Of a DNA stretch of 64,000 bases, positions 1 through 8,692 are shown in pieces. The translations under genes and the position numbers were made by a program. The stretch is from Candidatus Bipolaricaulota bacterium (lineage in GTDB: Bacteria; Patescibacteriota; Patescibacteriia; UBA11705; DATKZF01): the NCBI GenBank assembly GCA_035528115.1, contig DATKZF010000003.1, forward strand, positions 227,795-291,794, written 5' to 3'. How positions within the stretch are numbered: position 1 is the first letter of the stretch; each line of letters begins with the position of its first letter. Under the pieces are notes generated by a model, which saw only the letters and a program-made list of their open reading frames with translations, had not been told where the DNA came from and made no database searches.

Positions 1-866
1 ATAAGATTTCCGCTGCTGTTGAACTTAACCACAAAGACATCACGTCCTAATGTGTAGTCCCGCACCGGCGCGCCCCAGGTGGCGTTACTATATCCATCGA
101 CATAAACGTTCCCGCTGCCATCTACGACAATATTACGGCCGACATCACTACCAGTAGTCCCCAAAAAAGTATTCCAGGTCATGTCAGGATCGATTATCAC
201 CGGGATGCCGGGAATGTAATCACCCAGAGAAAACCCGACCTCGCGTTCACCGTAAAGTGTGTAGTTTACTATTACCGATTCCCTATGTCCGTCAACATCC
301 TGCCAGGCGATCGGAGCTCCTTCGATAATTGTGCCGTCTTCATAAACAACGACGAGATTGCCATTTTCGTCAATCTGTACCGGACGGTTGTATCCCAACC
401 TAATGCGGTCAACCGGAATGCCTTCTTTGGTCGCATCTATGTAATATGTACTCTTGACAATTGATTGTTCATTGGCTTCATAAGCCACTGTTATCCCATC
501 CCAAACATTTGTATAAGTAACTCGATTTAGAGGAAGAGCCTGATCAATATTGTTTTCTGCCAAAACACCGTCGTCCGCTTCGGGAGACACTGCGTTGGAA
601 TTAAGAAAGTCCACTTTCAGCATGTGACGCGCCGAAGCGACAATGAGGCCATCTTTATCGAAACCAACCACGTGCCCCTCGGAGGTGAATTGAAGAAGTT
701 TTTCTTCGCCGATTTTTACAGCAGAATCAGGAGTGGCGGAGGTTAGTTGTAGCATTATCGCGCCCGCGTTGACGACGTTAAAAATCATTAAAACCGAAAT
801 TAGAACAGTTAATCCTGTCAGACAAAAACGGCGTATAAAAAACAAGCTTTGAGAAATTTTGAGCAT
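1..866 (-). CDS. Partial CDS (C-terminus lies beyond the window start). Secreted protein with an N-terminal signal peptide and beta-propeller-like repeats ('NATWGAPVRDYTLGRDVFVVKFNSSGN', 'VDGSGNVYVDGYS').
   Basis: Manual minus-strand translation from the ATG at 866 ('MLKISQSLFFIRRFCLTGLTVLISVLMIFNVVNAGA...') runs open to coordinate 1. It is absent from the ORF track because it runs off the window edge. The repeat motifs resemble SBBP/beta-propeller repeats. Confidence 0.5.
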   Translation of the reverse strand, partial: MLKISQSLFFIRRFCLTGLTVLISVLMIFNVVNAGAIMLQLTSATPDSAVKIGEEKLLQFTSEGHVVGFDKDGLIVASARHMLKVDFLNSNAVSPEADDGVLAENNIDQALPLNRVTYTNVWDGITVAYEANEQSIVKSTYYIDATKEGIPVDRIRLGYNRPVQIDENGNLVVVYEDGTIIEGAPIAWQDVDGHRESVIVNYTLYGEREVGFSLGDYIPGIPVIIDPDMTWNTFLGTTGSDVGRNIVVDGSGNVYVDGYSNATWGAPVRDYTLGRDVFVVKFNSSGNL

Positions 867-961
867 ATTGCTTTTATTATCTTAATGTTATAATTATAAC
901 ATTTTTCTCATTACTTACAAACCATAAGTGATATTTATCAATAATTTTAAAAGCGCCAACC

Positions 962-1303
962 GTGATTGACGCTAACGGGTTCGATACGGTTTGCCGCACT
1001 GACCGCAAATTGTAATTCGATACAATCTGCCTTCCTTGCTCTTCACCATCTGGGAATTGTGGCGCTGATTGCCGCAACCAGGGCAACTGTTGAGTTGCCC
1101 TTCCCCGAACGGCAAAGATTCTACATCCACGGCTTGCCATATTTCAGGTCTCCTTCGCCTATAAAAACCGCGCTGTCCTCTTGCCTTCCTACGTTGTCCC
1201 ATGGCTCTACGCTCCTTCCCGTTCCACATGGACTCCCTGATTATATTTTAACTTGAATAATAACCTTATTCAAATCGGCACAGCACCTGTCGTCAATTCC
1301 ATT
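962..1303 (-). ncRNA. rnpB: Candidate RNase P RNA (rnpB). The 5' end appears to overlap the last codons of recO.
   Basis: A 400-nt gap between CDSs has small ORFs in all frames. The minus-strand transcript is purine-rich. Its 3' end 'GAACCCGUUAGCGUCAAUCACG' resembles E. coli M1 RNA 'GAACCCGGCUUAUCGGUCAGUUUCACC' (P4 3' strand plus P1). A candidate P1 pairs AUUGACG (plus 1291-1297) with CGUCAAU (plus ~966-972). A P3-like hairpin is 'UUGAAUAAGGUUAUUAUUCAA'. 'AACGGG' can pair with 'CCCGUU' as P4. Other matches are 'GGUGAAGAGC' and 'GAGCAAGG'. The 342-nt length fits bacterial RNase P RNA. Confidence 0.45.
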
Positions 1304-2001
1304 TCAAACCGATAGCTCCAATACTGGCCGCTCAAGCGATCGAATTCTCCTGAAACCTCATCGCTGATTTTCAATTTCAAAAGTCCGCCGATATCGTTTC
1401 TTTTTATAAATCTCAAAATTTTAATGAATTCCTTGGAGACCAAAACTCCTTTTTCTTTTTGTTTTTTAAAACAGCTCTGGCAAAAAAATCCCCCCGGAGA
1501 GAAAACCAAATAATTATTTTCACCCAAATCAAATTTACACTCCAGACATTTTTCAACATCCATTTCAAATCCGAGCGCCGAGCCCAAACTCCACAAATAA
1601 ATATTTTTCAACAATGGCAATTTGTCCTCCTGCACATTTTCCAAATAATGATAAAAATCAGTTACCACTCGCCACAAATCAAAATCAACATCACCTTCTC
1701 TGACCAAGCTTGAAAAAACTTTCAAAGCGTCAAAATGAACCTTGTGTTTTTCCAATGTCCCCAGCTCATACCGATGAATCAAACTGGCGCCGGCGATATA
1801 ATTCACTTTTTTGCCGTTGACAAAAAAAATCTCGCACAGGCACGGCGGCTCGAGGTGGCCTGACATTTTACTGAGAGATTTTTTCGCCCCTCTGGCGGTC
1901 GCCTTGAGCAATCCTTTTTTTTCCGTGTAAATAATATAAAAATTAGACGCCTCCCCAGCGTCCTTTTTCCCCAATACAATGGCTTTGTCCTTAAAATACA
2001 T
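1270..2001 (-). CDS. recO: DNA repair protein RecO
   Basis: 243 aa. It has an N-terminal OB-fold-like region and a C-terminal zinc-binding Cys cluster (CLECKFD...FCQSCF) typical of RecO. Confidence 0.75.
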   Translation of the reverse strand: MYFKDKAIVLGKKDAGEASNFYIIYTEKKGLLKATARGAKKSLSKMSGHLEPPCLCEIFFVNGKKVNYIAGASLIHRYELGTLEKHKVHFDALKVFSSLVREGDVDFDLWRVVTDFYHYLENVQEDKLPLLKNIYLWSLGSALGFEMDVEKCLECKFDLGENNYLVFSPGGFFCQSCFKKQKEKGVLVSKEFIKILRFIKRNDIGGLLKLKISDEVSGEFDRLSGQYWSYRFEMELTTGAVPI

Positions 2002-2085
2002 ATCTGCTAAATTCTAAACACGAAATCCTAAATTCTAAATAAATCTCAATTTTCCAAATCACAAATTCTAAACTTTTAAAAAATT

Positions 2086-2100
2086 TGAACATTGGAATTT
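2086..2100 (-). promoter_or_regulatory. Shared upstream motif TTCCAATGTTCAA(A), about 85 nt upstream of recO. Candidate common operator.
   Basis: The same motif sits 100 nt upstream of ruvX (2624-2640). Neighbouring AAATTCTAAA direct and inverted repeats are present in both intergenic regions. Confidence 0.35.
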
Positions 2101-2123
2101 GTTTAAAATTTCGATATTATAAT

Positions 2124-2522
2124 TTAGGATTTATCCAAATAAGCTTGCAAAATAATCATAGCCGCCAATTTATCGTCAACCAGCTTTACCTTGTCTCTTT
2201 TCTCGGGAATCTCTTTGGCCAAGGATTCGGCCTGTTTGGTGCTGAATCGCTCATCCTGCCATTTAACCTCGATGACTTCCGCCAAAGCGTCGAACAATCG
2301 AGCCAATTCACCGGGAGTCTCATCTTCTCCTTTTAAATTAACGGGCTTCCCCAGCACCGCCGATTCAATTTCTTCTTGCTTGATGATTGTTTTCAACTCA
2401 TTCAATAATTCATCAAATCCTTTGTTCTTGATCGTTTTAAATCCAAAGGCCAGCTTGGTGATATCATCGCCGAGCGCCAAACCCACTTTGCTTTTACCGT
2501 AGTCAATGCCCAAAAATTGCAT
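2124..2522 (-). CDS. ruvX: Holliday junction resolvase-like RuvX/YqgF
   Basis: 132 aa. 'MQFLGIDYGKSKVGLALGDD...DERFSTKQAE...LAAMIILQAYL' matches the YqgF/RuvX pattern. Confidence 0.8.
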   Translation of the reverse strand: MQFLGIDYGKSKVGLALGDDITKLAFGFKTIKNKGFDELLNELKTIIKQEEIESAVLGKPVNLKGEDETPGELARLFDALAEVIEVKWQDERFSTKQAESLAKEIPEKRDKVKLVDDKLAAMIILQAYLDKS

Positions 2523-2623
2523 AAAATCATTTTTTAAATCCTAATCTCGAAATTCTAATTTCTAAACAATTTTCAAAATACAAATTTTCAAATTTCAAAA
2601 ACAGATAAAGTTTAAAATTTTGA

Positions 2624-2640
2624 ACATTGGAACATTAAAA
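2624..2640 (-). promoter_or_regulatory. Second copy of the TTCCAATGTTCAA motif, upstream of ruvX
   Basis: 'tttgaacattggaacatt' compared with 'tttgaacattggaatttg' at 2085-2102. Confidence 0.35.
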
Positions 2641-2679
2641 ATTGTTTAGTATTTAGAAATTAGGATTTAGAATTTCTAA

Positions 2680-3450
2680 TTATAGTTTCGTCAAAACTTC
2701 CGGCGCTCCGTCCGTCACCAATATAGTATGTTCAAAGTGCGCCGATGGTTTCCTATCTCGGGTCACGAAAGTCCAGCCGTCGTCCAGCATTTCCACCTGA
2801 TATTTGCCCAAACAAACCATGGGTTCCAACGCCAAAGTCATGCCCGGTTTCAGTACGATATCTTTATCTCCGGAAACGTAATTGGGAATTTGGGGATCTT
2901 CATGAACCTCTTTGCCCACGCCGTGTCCGACCAGTGTTCGAACAACCGAAAAGCCTTCTCTTTCGGCCGCCTGTTGAATCGCACGCGAAACTTCTGAAAG
3001 CAGATGGCCGTTTTTGCATTGAGCGATACCGAGATCAAGCGCTTTTTTCGTGGTTTTAATCAATTTTTGGACGTCCTTGTCTATCTTGCCGACCGGTACG
3101 GTAATGGCCATATCAGTATATGTTCCGCCTTTGGCCGGATATTGCATGCCGATATCCAAACTGACGATATCTCCTTCTTTTAATATTTTTTCCGAACTCG
3201 CGATGCCGTGCACCACTTCTTCATTGACGGATACGCAAAGAGTGCAAGGAAACGGATTTCGCGACCCGCCATATCCCTTGAATGACGGGCGTCCGCCGCG
3301 AGCGAGTATTAATTTTTCTGCGACTCGATCCAATTCCAAAGAACCTACTCCCGGCTTGACCAGAGCGGCGACTTCATGCAAAATCTCAGCCAAAATTTTC
3401 CCGCCCTCTTTCATCGTTTTGACTTCAGCCGGCGTTTTGATTATTATCAT
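2680..3450 (-). CDS. map: Methionine aminopeptidase type I
   Basis: 256 aa. The metal-ligand pattern (D..D..H..E..E) and overall similarity fit MetAP. The position after adk is conserved. Confidence 0.9.
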   Translation of the reverse strand: MIIIKTPAEVKTMKEGGKILAEILHEVAALVKPGVGSLELDRVAEKLILARGGRPSFKGYGGSRNPFPCTLCVSVNEEVVHGIASSEKILKEGDIVSLDIGMQYPAKGGTYTDMAITVPVGKIDKDVQKLIKTTKKALDLGIAQCKNGHLLSEVSRAIQQAAEREGFSVVRTLVGHGVGKEVHEDPQIPNYVSGDKDIVLKPGMTLALEPMVCLGKYQVEMLDDGWTFVTRDRKPSAHFEHTILVTDGAPEVLTKL

Positions 3451-4085
3451 ACTCTTATCTTCAAAATGATTTGCTTGAATACCTTATCTATCTCCTTGCT
3501 GGCGTCTATCTCGCGCACGGCCACATTATCAAATTGTCGAAAAAAATCAAGCAACGGCGCGGTGGATCGACGATATATTCCCAACCTCTTTCGAATCGAT
3601 TCGGCATGATCATCTTTTCGCTGTATCAATTTATCGCCGCATTCATCGCACACACCCTTATTTTTGGGAGGATTATTATCGAGATGATAAATTTTACCGC
3701 ATCGCGGACATATTCGCCTCCCGCCGATTCGCTCGATCGCGGTTTTATTGTCCAATTTTAAAGCAATGACTGTCAGCGGCGACTTTCTTTCCGTTAAAAA
3801 GGTCTCCAAGGCTCTGGCTTGATTTTTATTTCTGGGAAATCCGTCGAGAATGAAATTTTTGCCTCGTTCTTTCAATTCATCCATGATAATTTCAATGATG
3901 ATTTCATCGGGCACCAACCTACCCGATTTCAAATCTATTTTTCGACCGATAGACGTTCTTTTTTTGACTTCTTCTCTTAAAATATCTCCGGAAGAAATAA
4001 CTTTCAATTTGTATTTTTGAGCTAATTTTTTGGCTTGAGTGCCTTTGCCCGAGCCCTGCGGACCCATTATTAAAATATTTTTCAT
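3447..4085 (-). CDS. adk: Adenylate kinase with a zinc-binding lid
   Basis: P-loop 'GPQGSGKGTQA'. The lid carries CPRCG...CDECG (C4 zinc knuckle). Confidence 0.9.
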   Translation of the reverse strand: MKNILIMGPQGSGKGTQAKKLAQKYKLKVISSGDILREEVKKRTSIGRKIDLKSGRLVPDEIIIEIIMDELKERGKNFILDGFPRNKNQARALETFLTERKSPLTVIALKLDNKTAIERIGGRRICPRCGKIYHLDNNPPKNKGVCDECGDKLIQRKDDHAESIRKRLGIYRRSTAPLLDFFRQFDNVAVREIDASKEIDKVFKQIILKIRV

Positions 4086-4130
4086 ATTAACGAATATATT
4101 ATAGCTTCTATAATTGATTTAGTCCATAAA

Positions 4131-4156
4131 AAAATTCGAAGATATCTTCGAATTTT
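4131..4156. promoter_or_regulatory. 26-bp perfect palindrome 'aaaattcgaagatatcttcgaatttt' in the secY-adk intergenic region (candidate operator or terminator)
   Basis: Seen directly. Centred on GAT|ATC. Confidence 0.4.
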
Positions 4157-4179
4157 CAAAAATTTTTATAAAAAAACAT

Positions 4180-5451
4180 TTAAAACCCATCGTAATCTCT
4201 CATTACCACTTGCGATTCTATCTGCTTCACCGTCTCAATAACCACGCTGACCACGATGAGCAAACTGGTGCCGCCGATCACGAGCGACGTCATGCCCGTG
4301 GCTTGCCTCATAACCAGCGGTAAAACCGCGATCACGCCCAAAAACAACGCGCCAATCAAAGTGATTCTTTTGATGGTATTGCTCAAATACATTTCAGTAT
4401 GCTGACCGGGTCTGATGCCTGGAATAAAGCCGCCCTGTTTTTGCAAATTTTCCGCAATCTGTCCGGGATGGAAAATAACGGCGGTGTAAAAATAAGTGAA
4501 GCCGAAAACCAACAAGAAATAAAGCACTCCGTAAAAAAGCTGGTTTTGAAAAACATTGATTACGAACTGCGCCAAGTGAGCGATAAACTCGGTCTTGGCG
4601 TTGACAAAAAACTGAGCGACCATGGACGGAAACAATATCAAAGAAATCGCGAAAATAATCGGTATCACGCCGGCCTGATTTACTCGCAGCGGCAGATGAG
4701 TGCTCGAGCCTCCGTACATTTTCATGCCGCGAACGCGTCTGGCGTAAGACACCGGAATATTGCGCTGTCCTTCGGTAATTACCACCACGCCGATAATCGT
4801 AATCAAAGCGATGGCTACAAACACCACCAATGTCACCAAGTTCGATCGATCGAAATTAATCAATGTCTGTTGAATGATTTGAGGGATTCTGGAAACGATG
4901 CCGGCGAAAATTATCAATGAAATGCCGTTGCCGATTTTTTTATCGGAAATCAATTCGCCGATCCAGACCAAAAACATGGTGCCCGCCGATATGGTGATGA
5001 TCATGGCGATGTATTGAAAAAGACTTTTATCCGCAATGATCTGTTGCGACGATTGTCCCAAAATTCGAATCATGGCGTACGCCTGCATTACCGCCAATGG
5101 GATGGTGGCAATCCTGGTGTACATGTTGATTTTCTGTCTGCCGACTTCTTCCTTTTGCATTTCTTCAAGCTTCGGCACGATCATGCCCAAAAGCTGAAAA
5201 ATAATGGAAGCTGTAATGTACGGCGCCACGCCCATCATCACGATGGAAAAGTTTTCCATGCCGCCGCCCGAAAAAATATTCAACAATCCCAATATCTCAT
5301 TGGAAGCGAAAAATTCTTTTAAGTTGGCGAGATTGATGCCGGGAATCGGAATATGCGCCGCGAATCTAAAAATGGCCAACATGACCAGCACGTACAAAAT
5401 GCTGTTTCGCAAATCTTTTATTTTCCAAATCTGGGTCAATTTTTCCCACAT
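4180..5451 (-). CDS. secY: Preprotein translocase subunit SecY
   Basis: 423 aa polytopic membrane protein. Its position after rplO is conserved. SecY-like TM pattern. Confidence 0.95.
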   Translation of the reverse strand: MWEKLTQIWKIKDLRNSILYVLVMLAIFRFAAHIPIPGINLANLKEFFASNEILGLLNIFSGGGMENFSIVMMGVAPYITASIIFQLLGMIVPKLEEMQKEEVGRQKINMYTRIATIPLAVMQAYAMIRILGQSSQQIIADKSLFQYIAMIITISAGTMFLVWIGELISDKKIGNGISLIIFAGIVSRIPQIIQQTLINFDRSNLVTLVVFVAIALITIIGVVVITEGQRNIPVSYARRVRGMKMYGGSSTHLPLRVNQAGVIPIIFAISLILFPSMVAQFFVNAKTEFIAHLAQFVINVFQNQLFYGVLYFLLVFGFTYFYTAVIFHPGQIAENLQKQGGFIPGIRPGQHTEMYLSNTIKRITLIGALFLGVIAVLPLVMRQATGMTSLVIGGTSLLIVVSVVIETVKQIESQVVMRDYDGF

Positions 5452-5493
5452 AAAATAAGAATTTTCCGTCTGGTTATATTATAGCAGATATAA

Positions 5494-5979
5494 TTACTTT
5501 TTTTCAGCTTTCTTGTCTGACGAAACCGGCCTGTCCTTCTTTGCGCTTTCGATGACGCCGCCGGCAGCCGCGATTTTTTCAGCCGCAGCCTTTGAAAAAT
5601 GACAATCTTTGAATTGCAATTTCTTGGCGACTTTTCCGTCGGACAATATTTTAACGCCAAAAGACGCGTCTTTTATAAGATTCTTATCCGCCAATGTTAC
5701 CGGAGTTACGAGCTCGCCTTCGTTAAATCTCTTTTCCAAATCGGTTAAATTTACATTTTGCATTTTGGGAAACTGGCTATGAAATCCTCGCAATTTCGGA
5801 ATGGTAAGCAAACTTCTCTTAAAACCTTTGAGTTTAAGACCCTTTTTGCCGCCGGAACGGGATTTCTGCCCCTTTTGACCTCTGCCGGAATATGTGCCGT
5901 GACCGGAAGAATTACCTCGTCCGATTCTTTTCCTTTTTTTCCCATCAGCGGATTTAATTGTATGCAATTGTATTGGCAT
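5494..5979 (-). CDS. rplO: 50S ribosomal protein L15
   Basis: 'GRGNSSGHGTYSGRGQKGQKSRSG' is the Gly/Arg-rich L15 N-terminus. The C-terminal extension is lysine-rich. Confidence 0.9.
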   Translation of the reverse strand: MPIQLHTIKSADGKKRKRIGRGNSSGHGTYSGRGQKGQKSRSGGKKGLKLKGFKRSLLTIPKLRGFHSQFPKMQNVNLTDLEKRFNEGELVTPVTLADKNLIKDASFGVKILSDGKVAKKLQFKDCHFSKAAAEKIAAAGGVIESAKKDRPVSSDKKAEKK

Positions 5980-5981
5980 AA

Positions 5982-6581
5982 TTATTTCTTGTTAACGTCT
6001 TTCTTCTCCTTTTTGGGCTGGTTGTCTTTGCCCTGAAATTTGGGTCTGCCGCTATTATATCTTCGATCTTCTCTCTGAGATCCGGGTTCCGTTTTTTTCT
6101 CAGCTTTTTTATCCATAGAAAGACCGGTGGTTTTAAAACTTTTCAACGCGAGCATGACCGCCTGCACATTTACCAATTTGTTTCTGGTGCCTAAAATCTT
6201 GGCCACCACGTTCGGCACTCCGGCCAATTCCAAAACCTGACGAATCACACTGCCGGCTTTAATGCCCGTGCCGGCCGGAGCCGGTTTTAACATTATTTTA
6301 GCGGCTTTGTATTTCACTCTGATTTCATGAGGGATCGTTTGATTTACAATAGGCACATCAATCAAAACTTTCTTGGCTTGCTCGACAGCCTTGTTAATAG
6401 CCACGGTAACATCAGCTCCCTTGGCGACTCCGGCTCCCACTTTGCCCCTGCCGTCGCCAATGGCAACCACGGCGCGAAATCTCATTCTCTTTCCGCCGGC
6501 CATGACGCGTGTAACCCTAGCCAAGTGTATCAACTGCTGGTTATACTCGCGATCTTCCCTTTTTTTTCTACTTTTCATCAT
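5982..6581 (-). CDS. rpsE: 30S ribosomal protein S5 with a ~45-aa lysine-rich C-terminal extension
   Basis: 'VTRVMAGGKRMRFRAVVAIGDGRGKVGAGVAKG...KAGSVIRQVLELAGV' matches S5. Its stop abuts the rplO start, with no L30 gene between them. Confidence 0.9.
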   Translation of the reverse strand: MMKSRKKREDREYNQQLIHLARVTRVMAGGKRMRFRAVVAIGDGRGKVGAGVAKGADVTVAINKAVEQAKKVLIDVPIVNQTIPHEIRVKYKAAKIMLKPAPAGTGIKAGSVIRQVLELAGVPNVVAKILGTRNKLVNVQAVMLALKSFKTTGLSMDKKAEKKTEPGSQREDRRYNSGRPKFQGKDNQPKKEKKDVNKK

Positions 6582-6604
6582 AATGCTATGTAACTAATAA
6601 CTTC

Positions 6605-6952
6605 TTAAAATTTCAAACCCGCGGCTCTCGCGCTTTCCGCCACAGCCTTAACTCTTCCATGATATTTGAATCCGCCGCGATCAAAAACAACTTGTTCTAT
6701 TTTTTTCTTCAATGCCTCGGCCCCGACCTGCTCTCCCAATTTGGCCGCGCGTTCCGTTTTATTGCCTTTGATTTTTCGATCATCCAAGGCTAACAAAGTT
6801 TTTCCCGCCGTATCATCGATCAATTGAACATAACAATTCAACAGACTTTTATAAACCGCCAATCTCGGACATTTTGCCGTACCAAAAATCTTGGCGCGAA
6901 CACGCCTTTGTCTGAAATATTTTCGTTGATTTTTTTTCTGTTCTTTGTTCAT
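6605..6952 (-). CDS. rplR: 50S ribosomal protein L18
   Basis: 115 aa. 'RLAVYKSLLNCYVQLIDD...DRGGFKYHGRVKAVAESARAAGLKF' matches L18. Confidence 0.9.
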   Translation of the reverse strand: MNKEQKKNQRKYFRQRRVRAKIFGTAKCPRLAVYKSLLNCYVQLIDDTAGKTLLALDDRKIKGNKTERAAKLGEQVGAEALKKKIEQVVFDRGGFKYHGRVKAVAESARAAGLKF

Positions 6953-6968
6953 ATGTTAAAATTCGGCT

Positions 6969-7511
6969 TTATTCGCCGGATTTGGCGGTCTTGCCGGCTT
7001 TTCGGATAATTACTTCATCCACATATTTAATGCCTTTGCCTTTATACGGTTCGGGCTTTCTGACTTTTCTGATATTGGCGGCCACTTCTCCGACCAATTG
7101 CTTATCAATGCCCGAAATGGTAATAACGTTACCATCTACTTTCGCATCAATGCCCTCGGGCAATTCGAATTCCACCGGATGAGAATAACCGACGTTTAAG
7201 GTCAGCTTCTTCCCCACGACATTGGCCTTGTAACCGACGCCATTGATCTCCATTTTTTTTTCAAACCCTTCCGTAACGCCAACAATCATATTATTCACCA
7301 AGCTTCGGTACAACCCCCAGAAAGCGTTTGACTTTTTCGCGTCACCGACGATTTTACAAACAAGCTCATTATCGGTTTTTTCAAATTTAATACTCTGATG
7401 AATTTCCTGAAACAATTCACCCTTTGGTCCCTTGACGCTGACTTTCGTTCCATCCAAACTGACTTGGACATTATTCGGGATCTCTATCGGTTTTTTACCA
7501 ATTCTAGACAT
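6969..7511 (-). CDS. rplF: 50S ribosomal protein L6
   Basis: 180 aa. 'MSRIGKKPIEIPNNVQVSLDG' matches the L6 N-terminus. Confidence 0.9.
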   Translation of the reverse strand: MSRIGKKPIEIPNNVQVSLDGTKVSVKGPKGELFQEIHQSIKFEKTDNELVCKIVGDAKKSNAFWGLYRSLVNNMIVGVTEGFEKKMEINGVGYKANVVGKKLTLNVGYSHPVEFELPEGIDAKVDGNVITISGIDKQLVGEVAANIRKVRKPEPYKGKGIKYVDEVIIRKAGKTAKSGE

Positions 7512-7517
7512 ATTATA

Positions 7518-7904
7518 TTAATAAATTTCACAAATCACTTCTCCTCCAACACCCGATTTTTTCGCTTTCCTGTTGGTCATGATGCCTTTGGATGTTGAAA
7601 GGATGGCAATTCCTAAATTATTTAAAACAATCGGCAACTTGTCTTTTCCCGCATAAACGCGTCGTCCGCTCTTGCTGATTCTTTGAATATGCCTTATCAC
7701 CGACTTATTGTTATTATATTTCAATTTCAAAATCAGTTCCGGAAAAATTTCTTCCTTTTTTTTAACCTCTTCGATGAAACCTTCTTCAACCAAAATGTCA
7801 GCGATCGATTGCTTGATCTTTGAAAAAGGAATAACCACTTCAAGCTTTTTGACGGCTGAAGCGTTTCGAATTCTAGTTAACATGTCAGCGATAGGATCTG
7901 TCAT
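7518..7904 (-). CDS. rpsH: 30S ribosomal protein S8
   Basis: 128 aa. '[15 protein letters not shown]' is the S8 signature. Confidence 0.9.
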   Translation of the reverse strand: MTDPIADMLTRIRNASAVKKLEVVIPFSKIKQSIADILVEEGFIEEVKKKEEIFPELILKLKYNNNKSVIRHIQRISKSGRRVYAGKDKLPIVLNNLGIAILSTSKGIMTNRKAKKSGVGGEVICEIY

Positions 7905-7931
7905 ATTTTAATAAATTTATAGATAAATATT

Positions 7932-8117
7932 TTACCAGCTACTTCTTGTAATTCCTGGGATTTCCCCTTTTTCCGCCAATTCACGGAAGCATATTCTACA
8001 CAAATCGAAATCTCTCATGTAGCCCCTTTTTCGACCGCACTTCCAACATCTCCGAACTTTCCTGGTCGAAAATTTGGGTTTCTTGTTCGATTTTATTATT
8101 TGCGCTTTAGTAGCCAT
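7932..8117 (-). CDS. rpsZ: 30S ribosomal protein S14, zinc-binding type Z
   Basis: 61 aa with CWKCGRKRG...CRIC (C4). Located between rplE and rpsH. Confidence 0.85.
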   Translation of the reverse strand: MATKAQIIKSNKKPKFSTRKVRRCWKCGRKRGYMRDFDLCRICFRELAEKGEIPGITRSSW

Positions 8118-8136
8118 ATTCTTTTATATTTTCAGA

Positions 8137-8688
8137 TTAATTGGTCTTGTCTTCCTTGAAAGGAAATCCGAGCAATTTTAGCAATTCATGCCCTTCGGCA
8201 TCATTTTTCGCAGTGGTGGAAATATTGATTTCCAATCCATGTATTTTATCTATTTCATCGGTTTTTATTTCCGGAAAAGCGATATGTTCTTTAAATCCGA
8301 TCGCGTAATTGCCTCGGCCATCGAATTTGCCCGCATCAAGTCCTCGGAAATCCCTGACTCGCGGCAAAGTGACATTTACCAATTTTTCCACAAAATCATA
8401 CATCCTCGGTCCACGCAAAGTCACTTTCACGCCGACCACCATGCCTTCTCTTATCTTAAAATTGGCGATTGATTTTTTAGCTTTGGTCTCCACCGGACGT
8501 TGGCCCGATATATTCAACAAAACCTTCTTAGCTGATTCCAAATAATCCGAATCTTTCAAGCCTTTGCTAATTCCAATATTGAGCGAGATTTTATCCAATC
8601 TCGGGACCTGCATATCATTTCCATAATTGAACTTCTTTTTCAACGCGGGAATGACCTTCTTTTTATATTGTTCTCTCAATCTATCCAT
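8137..8688 (-). CDS. rplE: 50S ribosomal protein L5
   Basis: 183 aa. 'MDRLREQYKKKVIPALKKKF' plus a conserved L5 core. Confidence 0.9.
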   Translation of the reverse strand: MDRLREQYKKKVIPALKKKFNYGNDMQVPRLDKISLNIGISKGLKDSDYLESAKKVLLNISGQRPVETKAKKSIANFKIREGMVVGVKVTLRGPRMYDFVEKLVNVTLPRVRDFRGLDAGKFDGRGNYAIGFKEHIAFPEIKTDEIDKIHGLEINISTTAKNDAEGHELLKLLGFPFKEDKTN

Positions 8689-8692
8689 AATA

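Noticed and set aside
877-1256. Three mutually overlapping ORFs (877-1140 -, 966-1256 +, 972-1229 -) in the recO-downstream gap
   Set aside because: Open frames on both strands in all phases, with low-complexity, Arg/Gly-rich or Pro-rich translations. This is typical of structured RNA genes rather than proteins.
960-1260. tmRNA (ssrA) on the plus strand. 'ACGGGUUCGAUACGGUUUGC' resembles the tmRNA 5' 'GGAUUCGACGGGAUUUGC' block.
   Set aside because: No T-arm (GGUUCGAnUCC) plus ACCA-type 3' end could be found downstream on the plus strand. No plausible tag reading frame ending in a stop was found. The minus strand instead shows several RNase P-like blocks, so the plus-strand match is probably just the complement of the RNase P P1/P4 3' region.
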